A stretch of DNA of 64,000 nt, taken from the sequence record MK308675.1. The stretch is one strand, 5' to 3'. The notes beneath the pieces are model-generated. The model was not told the DNA's origin. It made no database searches and worked only from the letters and a program-made list of their open reading frames with translations. How positions within the stretch are numbered: the first letter of the stretch is position 1; every line of letters starts with the position of its first letter. Made by a program: the position numbers and the translations under genes. This document shows, one piece after another, positions 26,823 to 36,271 of the stretch.

Positions 26823-27191
26823 TTAAGCCTCTACCCCATTATTATAATCTTTACGAGCGTGTGATTTGACAGCTTTAAAAAAGCCTGGGAAAAGCTTAGG
26901 ACTATGACCCAACAACTTGGCATTGTCAGTATAGAAGCGAGACGCTCTACGAACATGTTTCGCAGATACTCCCTTGCCCTCTTCTAGTGCGAACTCTCTA
27001 GCCAACTTTGCGCAATAGATGATAGTCTGTACTTTTTCTATCTTTTGTTTCTTTTTCTTAGACTTTACTAATAGCTCCATCTCCGCCTCTCTCTTCTTTC
27101 GACGAAAAGTGACGAAAGCAAAGATGATGCCGAGTATTGTTAGTAGTATGCCTAAAGCCTGGATTATTAATTCCGGCATAGTGCTCCCCAC
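26823..27191 (-). CDS. N-anchored basic membrane protein
   Basis: TM segment LIIQALGILLTILGIIFAFVTF followed by a K/R-rich region. Confidence 0.6.
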   Translation of the reverse strand: MGSTMPELIIQALGILLTILGIIFAFVTFRRKKREAEMELLVKSKKKKQKIEKVQTIIYCAKLAREFALEEGKGVSAKHVRRASRFYTDNAKLLGHSPKLFPGFFKAVKSHARKDYNNGVEA

Positions 27192-27234
27192 GGGTAATAA
27201 TGAAATCGCCCTCGTGGAGTGTCATAGAAGAAGA

Positions 27235-27621
27235 TTAAGCTCTAGTTATTTCTAACGCCTTGTCGACGACGTCTTGGAAATCACTCTCTTTTAACAAATC
27301 TCCTGCAACACTGGAGCAGGCAGTTTTACGATAACGGGTTTTAATCCACCTGATAGGGTCAGGTAGGTTAGGACAGTATACTAATTTCGACTTCAAAAGA
27401 ACGACGAGTTTAGCCTTTTCTCTTTTCCGAATACGGTCAATCTGCGCTTGTTCCACGGAGGACTTGGTCAACACGCTTCCAATAGCAAAAAATGCAAACA
27501 TTGCGAAGGCGAAGGTAAGGCTATGTAGCCACGCTCCGTCTAGCACAAAATTACAATCCGCCATAAGAACTCCTAGGGCAGTGCCCTTCTTTTGGTTAAA
27601 CATACGGAGTGTGAACTCCAT
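27235..27621 (-). CDS. membrane-anchored basic protein
   Basis: TM segment LTFAFAMFAFFAIGSV; likely start MFNQKK. Confidence 0.55.
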   Translation of the reverse strand: MEFTLRMFNQKKGTALGVLMADCNFVLDGAWLHSLTFAFAMFAFFAIGSVLTKSSVEQAQIDRIRKREKAKLVVLLKSKLVYCPNLPDPIRWIKTRYRKTACSSVAGDLLKESDFQDVVDKALEITRA

Positions 27622-27880
27622 ACTATTCCGGGCAGAGGGAGTGAGTTACATCTCGGAGTACCTATCTTGTCTCTTAAGGATGATGAGTCTATAGTCTATC
27701 TAATCATTATCTATGCACTAGACAGCATAAAGCCTTCCCTGGGGCCGTGGGGGCTGAGGGGCAGTTTACTCTACTACAAGTATAACACGAATGTGTTTAT
27801 TATGACCGACATAAAGAAAAAAGATAGAGAGAACCTCCCTCCTCCCCTTAGGGAGAAGAGAGATTATCTATCGACTTATC

Positions 27881-29086
27881 TTAGTCTCCTACAACTTCAC
27901 GTAGAGAAGTAGACGTTACTTCCAGTTCCTTCTCAGGCATCTTCCAACCACTGTACTCGCAAATCTCAGGGAGTAAGACTTGACTACCACAAAGAATGAC
28001 GTTACCACGACGCTTGATACGCGATAGCAGGCTATGGTTACCAGTCAGAGGGTTAGAGCTGACCTTGAAGACAACGGTACCCGGGAACTCTTCAACTTCT
28101 TTTAGAGTCTGAGACCAATCGTTCACATCTACTACCATAACGCCGCCCTTGAAGAACTTTTCATTCGCCTTAATCACTTCGGAGTTCTGAGCAACATAAT
28201 AAGCGCCTTCTAACTTCACCTTCTGTTCTTCTGGTACGTCCAAAGATAGCTCCACAATAGGGCGCGTGTGCTCTGACGGAATTGTACCGAAAACAGTTCG
28301 TCCAAAAGACCCGAAGAAAGAGTTAGATGCGAGCTTAGCCATGCAGAGCTGCATCGCATGTTCGTTAGATTGCATCAGTTCCGACTGTAGTAACTTGCGC
28401 ACCCAGTAAGTAGGTAGCTGAGCGAAGAAGTCGCGGAGCATCTGTGCATCGGGGCCGACTTTCAAAATAGACCCATAGTGGTGGACTAAGGTAGTTAAGT
28501 CCTGCTTGTCGTATTTCCACTGAAGAAGTTCCTCTTTAAGTAGGAGGTTTTCTCGAGTCTGTTTGACGTCATCTAGTTGCTTCTCGGCATAACGCTGCGC
28601 GCGGTCGAATAAGTCATCTCGCGCTGGGCCTACTTCAAAGTAAGTTTCTACTAAGATACGCTGACGAGAGCGTACATGGTTTTGTAAGAAACCTACAAGG
28701 TTAGATGCGGTAGCGCCGTAGTTCACAGCCCCTTCTTTCATCTTCTCTCGCATCTGTGCTAAGAACTTAGGATTTTTAGAAAGAGCTAACAGTTGAGCCT
28801 GCTTTGTTTCAGATTCGATGACCTCGCACCAATCGATGCCTTGGTCAAGCCAGCGTAAGCGCTGTATCTCGCCTAGGAGCATATCTTTAACCTCAAAGGG
28901 CTTACCGCTTACTAGTTCAGAAACCCAGCATTTCTTCATGATGAGCTTAGCAGCGGACTTCAGAGTAATGCCTTTAGGCTTATCCTCGAAGACCTTTAGA
29001 ACGGCTTCGTAGAAGTCAGAACATGCGCCACATGGTGGACCTGCTTGAAGTGCTTGCTCGCGAGTGATGTAAATTTTCTTAGCCAT
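27881..29086 (-). CDS. hypothetical helical protein
   Basis: 401 aa with AGGAGG RBS; N-terminal ITREQAL...CGAC. Confidence 0.65.
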   Translation of the reverse strand: MAKKIYITREQALQAGPPCGACSDFYEAVLKVFEDKPKGITLKSAAKLIMKKCWVSELVSGKPFEVKDMLLGEIQRLRWLDQGIDWCEVIESETKQAQLLALSKNPKFLAQMREKMKEGAVNYGATASNLVGFLQNHVRSRQRILVETYFEVGPARDDLFDRAQRYAEKQLDDVKQTRENLLLKEELLQWKYDKQDLTTLVHHYGSILKVGPDAQMLRDFFAQLPTYWVRKLLQSELMQSNEHAMQLCMAKLASNSFFGSFGRTVFGTIPSEHTRPIVELSLDVPEEQKVKLEGAYYVAQNSEVIKANEKFFKGGVMVVDVNDWSQTLKEVEEFPGTVVFKVSSNPLTGNHSLLSRIKRRGNVILCGSQVLLPEICEYSGWKMPEKELEVTSTSLREVVGD

Positions 29087-29112
29087 AATAGGCCTCCTTT
29101 ATTAATGAGTGA

Positions 29113-29736
29113 TTAGTTTGTTGGTTTGAATTGAGAACCATCGTCAAGATGTTCTTGAAGGATTTCGATATATTCAGCAATTGCCTGGCGCGGATGGTCT
29201 TGCATATAAGAATCCATAATAGGGAGTAAGTCTTCTATCTTAAGACGCATACCTTCACGGTGCGCAATCATAGCGGTCCTACGAGGCTCTATAAAGGCCT
29301 TAGTTGAACCATTTGGCATATGTAGTACAATATTAACTACGGGACCGTTCTTGTTCTTAGCGACCCATAGAGGAAGGTCTTTGCCCTTTCTATTGGCAGG
29401 GAAAAGATTTCTATGTTCTGAACGGAATACTACAAAGTCAGATAGGCCGATTGAGCTTTTGCCGAAACGTAGAGCAGTGTTCATGATAACGGTATCGTGG
29501 CCATCTAGCATATGCTCCTGTGCGACGATATGGCGGCGGAAAGCTTTCAGCGATAGAATGTCATCATCTAACTCCCAACCGTTCTCCTGAGCATCAACAA
29601 GCAGCTTGCGCCACTTGTTGAAGTAAGGACAAGATTTTAGTTTACCGTCTTCTTTAAATGAAGTTGGCCAGTCTGCATCGTTAATGCCGATGCCTGCAAT
29701 AATTTTACTTCGCATGTTTGCCCCACTGAGGTTCAT
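29113..29736 (-). CDS. degenerate GxGIND/AP2-like homing-endonuclease-family protein
   Basis: IAGIGINDAD...CPYFNKW and LPLWV...AHRE motifs. Confidence 0.55.
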   Translation of the reverse strand: MNLSGANMRSKIIAGIGINDADWPTSFKEDGKLKSCPYFNKWRKLLVDAQENGWELDDDILSLKAFRRHIVAQEHMLDGHDTVIMNTALRFGKSSIGLSDFVVFRSEHRNLFPANRKGKDLPLWVAKNKNGPVVNIVLHMPNGSTKAFIEPRRTAMIAHREGMRLKIEDLLPIMDSYMQDHPRQAIAEYIEILQEHLDDGSQFKPTN

Positions 29737-30358
29737 AACGTCTGTGGCTATGGATATGTTCTTCTAGATGAATCATGAAACGATGGAAAGCCATCTTAGC
29801 ATGCCAAAGGTGGTCAGAATAGAAATCGGACAACCACTGCGCATTATTGACTTTCGCTTGAGCGGCTGCTACGTGAGCATCTAAAGCATCCGCCATTATC
29901 TGGCAGAACTTCTTACGAGGACGCTTGTTCTCTTCGGAAGGCATATATTTGACCTGAGCCTGGTAGCCTCCTGCGACGTAGTGCGATGTCCACAGAGGTA
30001 AGGTGCGGTCGTATCTGATTCTAGGGAAGAAGTTACGATGGTGACGATGTAGTACAACAATATTGTCCAAGGAGACATAGTCGAGATTTAGAATCTCACT
30101 CATCATTACGATGGTTGTTGGTTGGTCACCGAATGCCTTTTCTTGCTGTTCGACGTGTTTCTTGAAGTTCTCGAACTGCGCGAAGTCAGGACGTACTTCA
30201 ACCTTAGCAATCTTAGCACGGCGCAGAATACCTGCCCAAGAGGTGTAATAAGGGCAACGAATCTTCTTAACCTTACCGCCTACGTGTTCAGTCCAGGCTA
30301 CCTGAGTTTCTTTAAAGCGGCGGCCTGCGCCGTAGAGTAATTTAGTTTGCTGCATCAT
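29705..30358 (-). CDS. tandem paralogue of 29113-29736
   Basis: LLYGAG...RCPYYTSWAGILRR and LPLWT...AHVA motifs. Confidence 0.55.
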   Translation of the reverse strand: MMQQTKLLYGAGRRFKETQVAWTEHVGGKVKKIRCPYYTSWAGILRRAKIAKVEVRPDFAQFENFKKHVEQQEKAFGDQPTTIVMMSEILNLDYVSLDNIVVLHRHHRNFFPRIRYDRTLPLWTSHYVAGGYQAQVKYMPSEENKRPRKKFCQIMADALDAHVAAAQAKVNNAQWLSDFYSDHLWHAKMAFHRFMIHLEEHIHSHRRYEPQWGKHAK

Positions 30359-30836
30359 AGCGCTCCTTAGATACTTTGAATGAATGTTCAGAACGTTCAG
30401 TCAATAACCATTCTTCCGTAAGTTCTCTTAGGTAGTACAACTCATCGGAACGGTTAGTGATTTTAGGATGGTTCTCTTCTTTATAGAACTCGATTAGTAA
30501 AAGAAGCTCATCTGTAAGGAAGTTAGCTGAGTCCGCCACATGAATGCGAGAACTGAGCAGTTTAGGCTCCGGCTTCTTCTCGCCGCCGAAACGGAACAGG
30601 TTAGTCTTTATACTATCCAGTGTGGTTATCACCTCACCATTGACGTCCAGTAAGAACTCCTTACTAGGACATAGAGGCAGAGTGTTAAATAAAGGAGTGC
30701 CGGTATGTAGGATTGCTTTCACCTGACCTTTAAAGGACTTACCTATCCACTTCATACTAACAGTTTCCAGAGACACGTGTACATTTGAAGTAGAACAGAA
30801 TTTAGTGATGGCGCCAATAGTTTTTACGATTTCCAT
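30342..30836 (-). CDS. hypothetical protein
   Basis: 164 aa with GAGG RBS. Confidence 0.55.
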   Translation of the reverse strand: MEIVKTIGAITKFCSTSNVHVSLETVSMKWIGKSFKGQVKAILHTGTPLFNTLPLCPSKEFLLDVNGEVITTLDSIKTNLFRFGGEKKPEPKLLSSRIHVADSANFLTDELLLLIEFYKEENHPKITNRSDELYYLRELTEEWLLTERSEHSFKVSKERYDAAN

Positions 30837-30899
30837 TTGAATATCCTCGTTTATAAGTTAATATCATAAAGGCCTCTCTTAACGAGAAGCCTTGAGTTA

Positions 30900-31457
30900 T
30901 TAACTAAATGGTTTCTGGGTAGTTGTATGCTCTTCTAAGAGCTCGCAGAGTTTAAGCATTGAATCCTTCGTAGGAGAACCTTTAGGGTACTCTCCGGCAA
31001 TTCTACGCACGTTACGGTTAGTTAACTCTAGACAGGCGAAGTGAAGTTCTCGCTCGTCCCAATGAACTGCATAACGCGGCTTGACCTCACCGTAAACCTT
31101 AAAGGCACATGTAAAGCTTTCTTGAAACTCGTCCTTACCTGGGTGCGTCCATTTAAGAGTCGTTCCTTTCCTTTCATTTAAGAAACGGAAGTATCCTGCG
31201 TGGAGTTTATCCACAGATACCAAAGAGGCTAATGGGTTCTTAGGGTCGAAACTAACCTTAGAGAAGTCCAGTAACATCTGGGTAGCTGGGTTGTGACGGA
31301 TGTAGATTAAGTGGTCTAGGTATTCCTTAACGCCAGGATAGACCATACCTTCCACATTGGCCGACTTTAGTTTATTGCGTAGGACTTGCACGCGGTTATA
31401 AACCGTATGCGCATCCATCTGAACCAAGTCGCCAGTTAAGCTAGTCCAATGGTACAT
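30900..31457 (-). CDS. hypothetical protein
   Basis: 185 aa with GAGGAG RBS. Confidence 0.6.
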   Translation of the reverse strand: MYHWTSLTGDLVQMDAHTVYNRVQVLRNKLKSANVEGMVYPGVKEYLDHLIYIRHNPATQMLLDFSKVSFDPKNPLASLVSVDKLHAGYFRFLNERKGTTLKWTHPGKDEFQESFTCAFKVYGEVKPRYAVHWDERELHFACLELTNRNVRRIAGEYPKGSPTKDSMLKLCELLEEHTTTQKPFS

Positions 31458-31466
31458 GTTTACTCC

Positions 31467-32309
31467 TCAAAGTAGTTTGCCCGCGAACAGTCCAATCATG
31501 AACGTAGCGAAACAGATAATGCTCCACTCACCATGGCCTAAGCGGAACATGCCAGGCTTAAAGTGTTCTGGTTCCTTAGTAGAAACAAAAGACTCGCCTA
31601 AGGCTTCGTCCATCATCGCTTTTTCTTGATACTCTGTAATGAAAGTAATGTGTGCGCCTAGGCTCACGTCGGCAGCGAAAGAGCGCAGAGGGAAAGACCC
31701 TACATATTCCGTGCCCGCATACATGTCTAGACCAACATAGTCCGTACCAAAACGAACTACGCGGAAGCCAAAGCCGCTTTCTAGGTTATGGAACCATTCC
31801 CCGTTATTATCCACAGTAAGCCCATCGAAGTATTCGCGAGACATTGCGCCAATAAGCTTTACGTCGTCTGCGAAAGGAGTCCCTTCGAATTCTTGATACT
31901 TGCGACCCAGGTAGTAATCGGCCATATGTTTCGCGCGCGCTTGTTGCTCTTTACACAACTTCTCAAATTCTTCGATAGTCATAGCGCTACTATCAAACCA
32001 CTCACTAATTGCGGCATGTAATAGTGGGAACTCGGCGACGTGTACATATGAGGACGGCTCGCCGCTGTTCGCGCCGGAGATAAGAAATGCTTCGCCATCA
32101 CAGCTTATACAAAGACCTGCGCGGGTAATCCATTTGTTTTCGTCTACCATTTGGTTATCGGTAAAATATTCTTCTTTACCAATAAAGCCAGCCAGTAAAC
32201 CGCCGAGAACATTGAAGTCCTTGCAGAGAGGGCTACGTAAAAATAGACCCACTTCTTGTTCTAGGCCTGAAGGGGCAGCTGTAGTAGTTTGTTGTTTTTG
32301 ATTTAACAT
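31467..32309 (-). CDS. C-tail-anchored protein
   Basis: Ends WSIICFATFMIGLFAGKLL. Confidence 0.6.
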   Translation of the reverse strand: MLNQKQQTTTAAPSGLEQEVGLFLRSPLCKDFNVLGGLLAGFIGKEEYFTDNQMVDENKWITRAGLCISCDGEAFLISGANSGEPSSYVHVAEFPLLHAAISEWFDSSAMTIEEFEKLCKEQQARAKHMADYYLGRKYQEFEGTPFADDVKLIGAMSREYFDGLTVDNNGEWFHNLESGFGFRVVRFGTDYVGLDMYAGTEYVGSFPLRSFAADVSLGAHITFITEYQEKAMMDEALGESFVSTKEPEHFKPGMFRLGHGEWSIICFATFMIGLFAGKLL

Positions 32310-32377
32310 GATGTTTTTCCTTATTTAAGGTTGAGTAAAAATCATAAAGGACCCTCGCTAGAAGGCCCTTGAGTTTA

Positions 32378-32764
32378 TCACTCTGGTTCAGTGTAGACTT
32401 CGGTCTTGTCGTACCGGATGGTCTGGAAGTAGTTATCTTCGTACTCATCCCGTACTTTCTCAGCCAGCGGCTCCAAGACATGAATTAGATTACGCCAGCT
32501 AATGAACTTCATTCGAGCATTGCCGCAGAAACATAGGCCATCTTTACAGGACGTGTAGTAGATGCCAATGTAGTTGCCTTCCTTGGCCATGATGGCCAAG
32601 TTCTGTTTATCGATAATGTAAGCCGTGAAGTACTCGTTTGGATTGAAGTTATTCATCCAAAGCTTATCGAAGGTAATCTCAGTTTTGAAGGAACTGGCAC
32701 GCTCTAGATTATATTCCTCTAGCTTGCCTTCTTCAATGAGAGCTTTTATTTCATTTACGTTCAA
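32378..32764 (-). CDS. hypothetical protein
   Basis: 128 aa, co-oriented with its neighbours. Confidence 0.55.
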   Translation of the reverse strand: MNVNEIKALIEEGKLEEYNLERASSFKTEITFDKLWMNNFNPNEYFTAYIIDKQNLAIMAKEGNYIGIYYTSCKDGLCFCGNARMKFISWRNLIHVLEPLAEKVRDEYEDNYFQTIRYDKTEVYTEPE

Positions 32765-32767
32765 GGT

Positions 32768-33385
32768 TTAATCCTCGCGACCAATGTGTGGATTTAATAC
32801 GGGCTTCCCGCAAGGCATCGGTTTGAGCACTGCCCTGTCAAGCATGGCGTCGTCGAACTTAGGAGGCTCAGTTCCATTGTACATTCCATCGCCGAAAGCG
32901 GCGTCTGCGTTACAGTCACAGTCGCGGAGGTGCTCCCCGCAATACATGCAGTCCGTTATCATCGAACGGTCCAGTGCAGCTAGGAACTCTTCACGATGTT
33001 GTAGGCGTAAAGCTAACTTCACGTGGTATTCCAGCTGACCACTCGAGATGGTTTCTTCGGCCTGTTTCTTCTTACGGAAAAGTAGGAGGAAAGGGCGGTC
33101 GCGGGCGAAAGGCTCTTCGCCATCCAAACCCATCGCTCTCGTGGTCGCACTATAAACGTGGTTCATGACGCGTGGTAATGCGGGAGTTATCGGTTCACCG
33201 CTCTTCTCACCTATCCACACGTTAGTCTTACCGATAGTTGCCACCATGGCACGGGTAGACCAGAATTCACACTTAACAGTTTCTGCTTTCAACTCGCCAT
33301 CGGTAGAAATTAAACCGAGAATGGCCCAGAGATGCTCATCGTTAGAGCTTACTTCAGAAAGCTTCTTAATGCGATGCTTTAACAT
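32768..33385 (-). CDS. hypothetical protein with Cys cluster
   Basis: CMYCGEHLRDCDC motif. Confidence 0.55.
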   Translation of the reverse strand: MLKHRIKKLSEVSSNDEHLWAILGLISTDGELKAETVKCEFWSTRAMVATIGKTNVWIGEKSGEPITPALPRVMNHVYSATTRAMGLDGEEPFARDRPFLLLFRKKKQAEETISSGQLEYHVKLALRLQHREEFLAALDRSMITDCMYCGEHLRDCDCNADAAFGDGMYNGTEPPKFDDAMLDRAVLKPMPCGKPVLNPHIGRED

Positions 33386-33918
33386 TAGTACTCTCCTTTT
33401 TGGATGCGTTTAACGAAGTCCGCATATTCGCGCTTAGGCCACCAGAACATATCGTTCTCGTCGAAGTCTTCACAGGTGTCCACGAAATGCATGTCCATGT
33501 TCAATACATAGCCAGGCAGTTTGTTCTCGTTCTGTTCGCGAATATCTTTCCAAGTAACCGCTTCCAGCGCAGGGTCTAGAATCTCAGGAATGTCCTTATG
33601 CTCTAGCCAACGACCTTCTTCAGTTACTTCGTTAGTGACCTGAGTCAAGCCACGCGCATTATAAAGACGGTCACCGATAATAGGAATTAAAACTCGGTCA
33701 TCGTCATTGGCCACGCTCAGGATGAGTCGGCCTTTACAATAGACGTAGATGTTATGGTCGCGGTCATACCCGTTCTCGCCAATAGTTGCTAGCACCCACA
33801 GGGCCATGTGCAGGGTATTGTAGCTACCACGGAAGTCCTGAACGCCACCGCGAGGGTAGTACTCTCCGAATTCCTCGACCACAATCGGTTTAGAGAAGTC
33901 TGGTAATTTACGTTCCAT
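33385..33918 (-). CDS. hypothetical protein
   Basis: 177 aa with AGGAG RBS, downstream of the promoter motif at 33957. Confidence 0.6.
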   Translation of the reverse strand: MERKLPDFSKPIVVEEFGEYYPRGGVQDFRGSYNTLHMALWVLATIGENGYDRDHNIYVYCKGRLILSVANDDDRVLIPIIGDRLYNARGLTQVTNEVTEEGRWLEHKDIPEILDPALEAVTWKDIREQNENKLPGYVLNMDMHFVDTCEDFDENDMFWWPKREYADFVKRIQKGEY

Positions 33919-33956
33919 TGGGAACTCCTTAGTTTAAGGGTTTAAAATCAATTAGG

Positions 33957-33967
33957 CTATATAGGTT
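33957..33967 (-). promoter_or_regulatory. putative early promoter
   Basis: AACCTATATAG. Confidence 0.5.
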
Positions 33968-33976
33968 ATAGTTTAA

Positions 33977-35077
33977 TTAAAACCAGCCAAACAGTTTACC
34001 TGCAAGTGCTAGCGTAGCAGCGGCAAAGAACGAATACTCCAACACTGTAACCCAAGTAGCTTGTTCGGTTGCCTTAGGGCGGCACTGTATTGGAGCAGGG
34101 ATTGGAGCAATCTTGTCCTCTTCTTCTTTAACGGGGAACACGCGCTTGTTTAGACTGTCGCGTATGTCCATGGCAGCATTGATTCTGTGTTCGGGAACAG
34201 GACTCAATTCTTTAACTGCCTCCAAACGAGCAGGGACGTCGTCTTCCTTTTTAGCCATGAGTACGTCCCTTAGACCAGTTAAGGCCGCATCGTTATTGAG
34301 GCGCTCTATGTCCCGAGCTGTTCTTTCCTTGGGATAAGAAGCCAAGAAACGGTCTCTAGCTTTAATCGCAGAACAGTCGCTCTCTAAACCTACCTTAAAT
34401 AGGTAATTACAAAGCACGTTAGCGAATGCTTGTTGGGCGCGCGACCAGACAATGAAGCTGCTCACGATTTGGTCCTCTAGAGTAACGTGTGCGATAATGA
34501 CATCGGTAGGAGAAACCAGTTTAATACCTAGCCCTTTAAACGGGCCTTCTACGCAAAGGAAGCGCCCGTGGATTTTACCCCCGTTGTCAGGTTCTGCCTG
34601 ACGAAGGTAGAAATCTGGACGAGTAAAGAAGTCACGGATGAATTCTCGTGTTTCTTCCTGAACGCGTTCCTTTTGTTGTGAACGATGACGTTCCTTTTCG
34701 CAAGCGGACATACCGAAGAACTCTTGAGTGTAGAACTGAACATAAGACTCACCAAAGTGATTAAGTCCCGCAGCCAGCAAAGAATAGATAACCGGATAGT
34801 GACTCTTGGAGACAACCGCTTCTACCTCGCGGTTCTGAACCGTGATGAAGTTTTCAGTTTGTATGACGTCTGTGCCCTCAAGCTTCCAGTGCCCCGAGGC
34901 AACAGATTCGAAGCGCTTTTGACAAAAAGAAGCAAATGCACAGAATATAAGTAAGCCAGCTTTTTCACCATAGCTTTCAGTAAAAGCATCTAGTTCTTTC
35001 CTAGCAGGTTTTTCTTCATTGTGAATTTCGCCCATAAGGTAAGATGCGATTTTTAAGGACTCTTCATAATGTGACAT
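33977..35077 (-). CDS. C-tail-anchored protein
   Basis: Ends WVTVLEYSFFAAATLALAGKLFGWF. Confidence 0.6.
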   Translation of the reverse strand: MSHYEESLKIASYLMGEIHNEEKPARKELDAFTESYGEKAGLLIFCAFASFCQKRFESVASGHWKLEGTDVIQTENFITVQNREVEAVVSKSHYPVIYSLLAAGLNHFGESYVQFYTQEFFGMSACEKERHRSQQKERVQEETREFIRDFFTRPDFYLRQAEPDNGGKIHGRFLCVEGPFKGLGIKLVSPTDVIIAHVTLEDQIVSSFIVWSRAQQAFANVLCNYLFKVGLESDCSAIKARDRFLASYPKERTARDIERLNNDAALTGLRDVLMAKKEDDVPARLEAVKELSPVPEHRINAAMDIRDSLNKRVFPVKEEEDKIAPIPAPIQCRPKATEQATWVTVLEYSFFAAATLALAGKLFGWF

Positions 35078-35094
35078 GTTTTTATTCTCCGAAA

Positions 35095-35316
35095 TTAAAA
35101 AGGGGTATAGAGGGAAGCCACTTTAGAGAGTGACCAACCGAGTACGCATAGGGCCATCCCTACTACGCTAATAATCATTAGTTCAGGCACCACGACGCCT
35201 ATAGAGAACAGGAACGACCCAAACAGGGTCACTCCTAGGGAAAGTAAGGATAGGATAATAAACGCCATCCACGTCCATACAGTTACGTTTTTCTTAATCA
35301 TCCGAATATGTCCCAA
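35095..35316 (-). CDS. small two-TM membrane protein
   Basis: Almost entirely hydrophobic, 73 aa. Confidence 0.55.
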   Translation of the reverse strand: MGHIRMIKKNVTVWTWMAFIILSLLSLGVTLFGSFLFSIGVVVPELMIISVVGMALCVLGWSLSKVASLYTPF

Positions 35317-35963
35317 TCGTCGCTACTGTCCGTAGACCAATCCGTCATAAACAAGGCAAAGCCATAGACAAAGAAGCCAAATATCTGACACAGCAGCCAT
35401 ATTTTAGGGCCCATGTCCATTGGTCCGCCTAGGGCGTGTATAAAGATACCTAACACAGGAGATAACAAGGCAGTAATGAATAACTGACCAATCCAGAATA
35501 TCCATAGGTTAGCCGGCCTCTTAAAGATGAGACGGAACGGGTTATGACTAACTGACTCTGTAATGCCAGGTTCCACAAACTTCTCTACATCGCCTACCTT
35601 AGGACGAGGACTAAGAGGACTACTCTCTTCTAGAGTCTCTTCGATGCCTAGTCGTCCTTTCTCCACGATACCAGTACGCACCGTTAGCTTACGGATAATG
35701 ATAGGGTCAGGGTCAACGATGTTGAGAGTAATACCCAACCCTGCCGCATCTAACATAACGACTAAGTCCCCGTTATCGACATACATGCGGTTCCATCCGC
35801 ATACAGAGGTAATCTCACACTTACCTTCAGTAACGACACTGTCTTCGCGTACCAACAAACGCTCAACCGCTTCTGAGAAAGATGTGAGCTGGTCATCAGT
35901 ATAGGAGGCTTGGTAACCGTGCTTACAGAACCACACCTGCATCAAACTTTTAATTCTTAACAT
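35298..35963 (-). CDS. membrane protein with two C-terminal TM segments
   Basis: TM segments LWIFWIGQLFITALLSPVLGIF and IWLLCQIFGFFVYGFALF. Confidence 0.6.
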   Translation of the reverse strand: MLRIKSLMQVWFCKHGYQASYTDDQLTSFSEAVERLLVREDSVVTEGKCEITSVCGWNRMYVDNGDLVVMLDAAGLGITLNIVDPDPIIIRKLTVRTGIVEKGRLGIEETLEESSPLSPRPKVGDVEKFVEPGITESVSHNPFRLIFKRPANLWIFWIGQLFITALLSPVLGIFIHALGGPMDMGPKIWLLCQIFGFFVYGFALFMTDWSTDSSDDWDIFG

Positions 35964-36271
35964 TTTTAATATCCTTTTCTAGAAATAGGGCAATAATGCA
36001 CGGCCAGGCCATAAAGGCCCGCCGCGCGCGATTCTTACGTAATTGACATAACAGCTGTTAGATAGACCTATTACCTCAGGGCAATGAGAACTATCTAACC
36101 GCAGTCATGAACTATCTCGTCTCTATAGAGGGATAGATAAAGAAGACTATCTACTCCCTCTATATAGGCATAATACTAATAGACAGTATAAAGGCATGTC
36201 TCTGGGAGGATGACCCCCCTCCTGCTCCGCTAGGTTCCCCCCGTCAACATGCCTAAATGATTAGGTGAATA

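Noticed and set aside
27592-27912. Plus-strand 106-aa ORF
   Set aside because: It spans a low-complexity intergenic element, has no RBS and is opposite to its neighbours.
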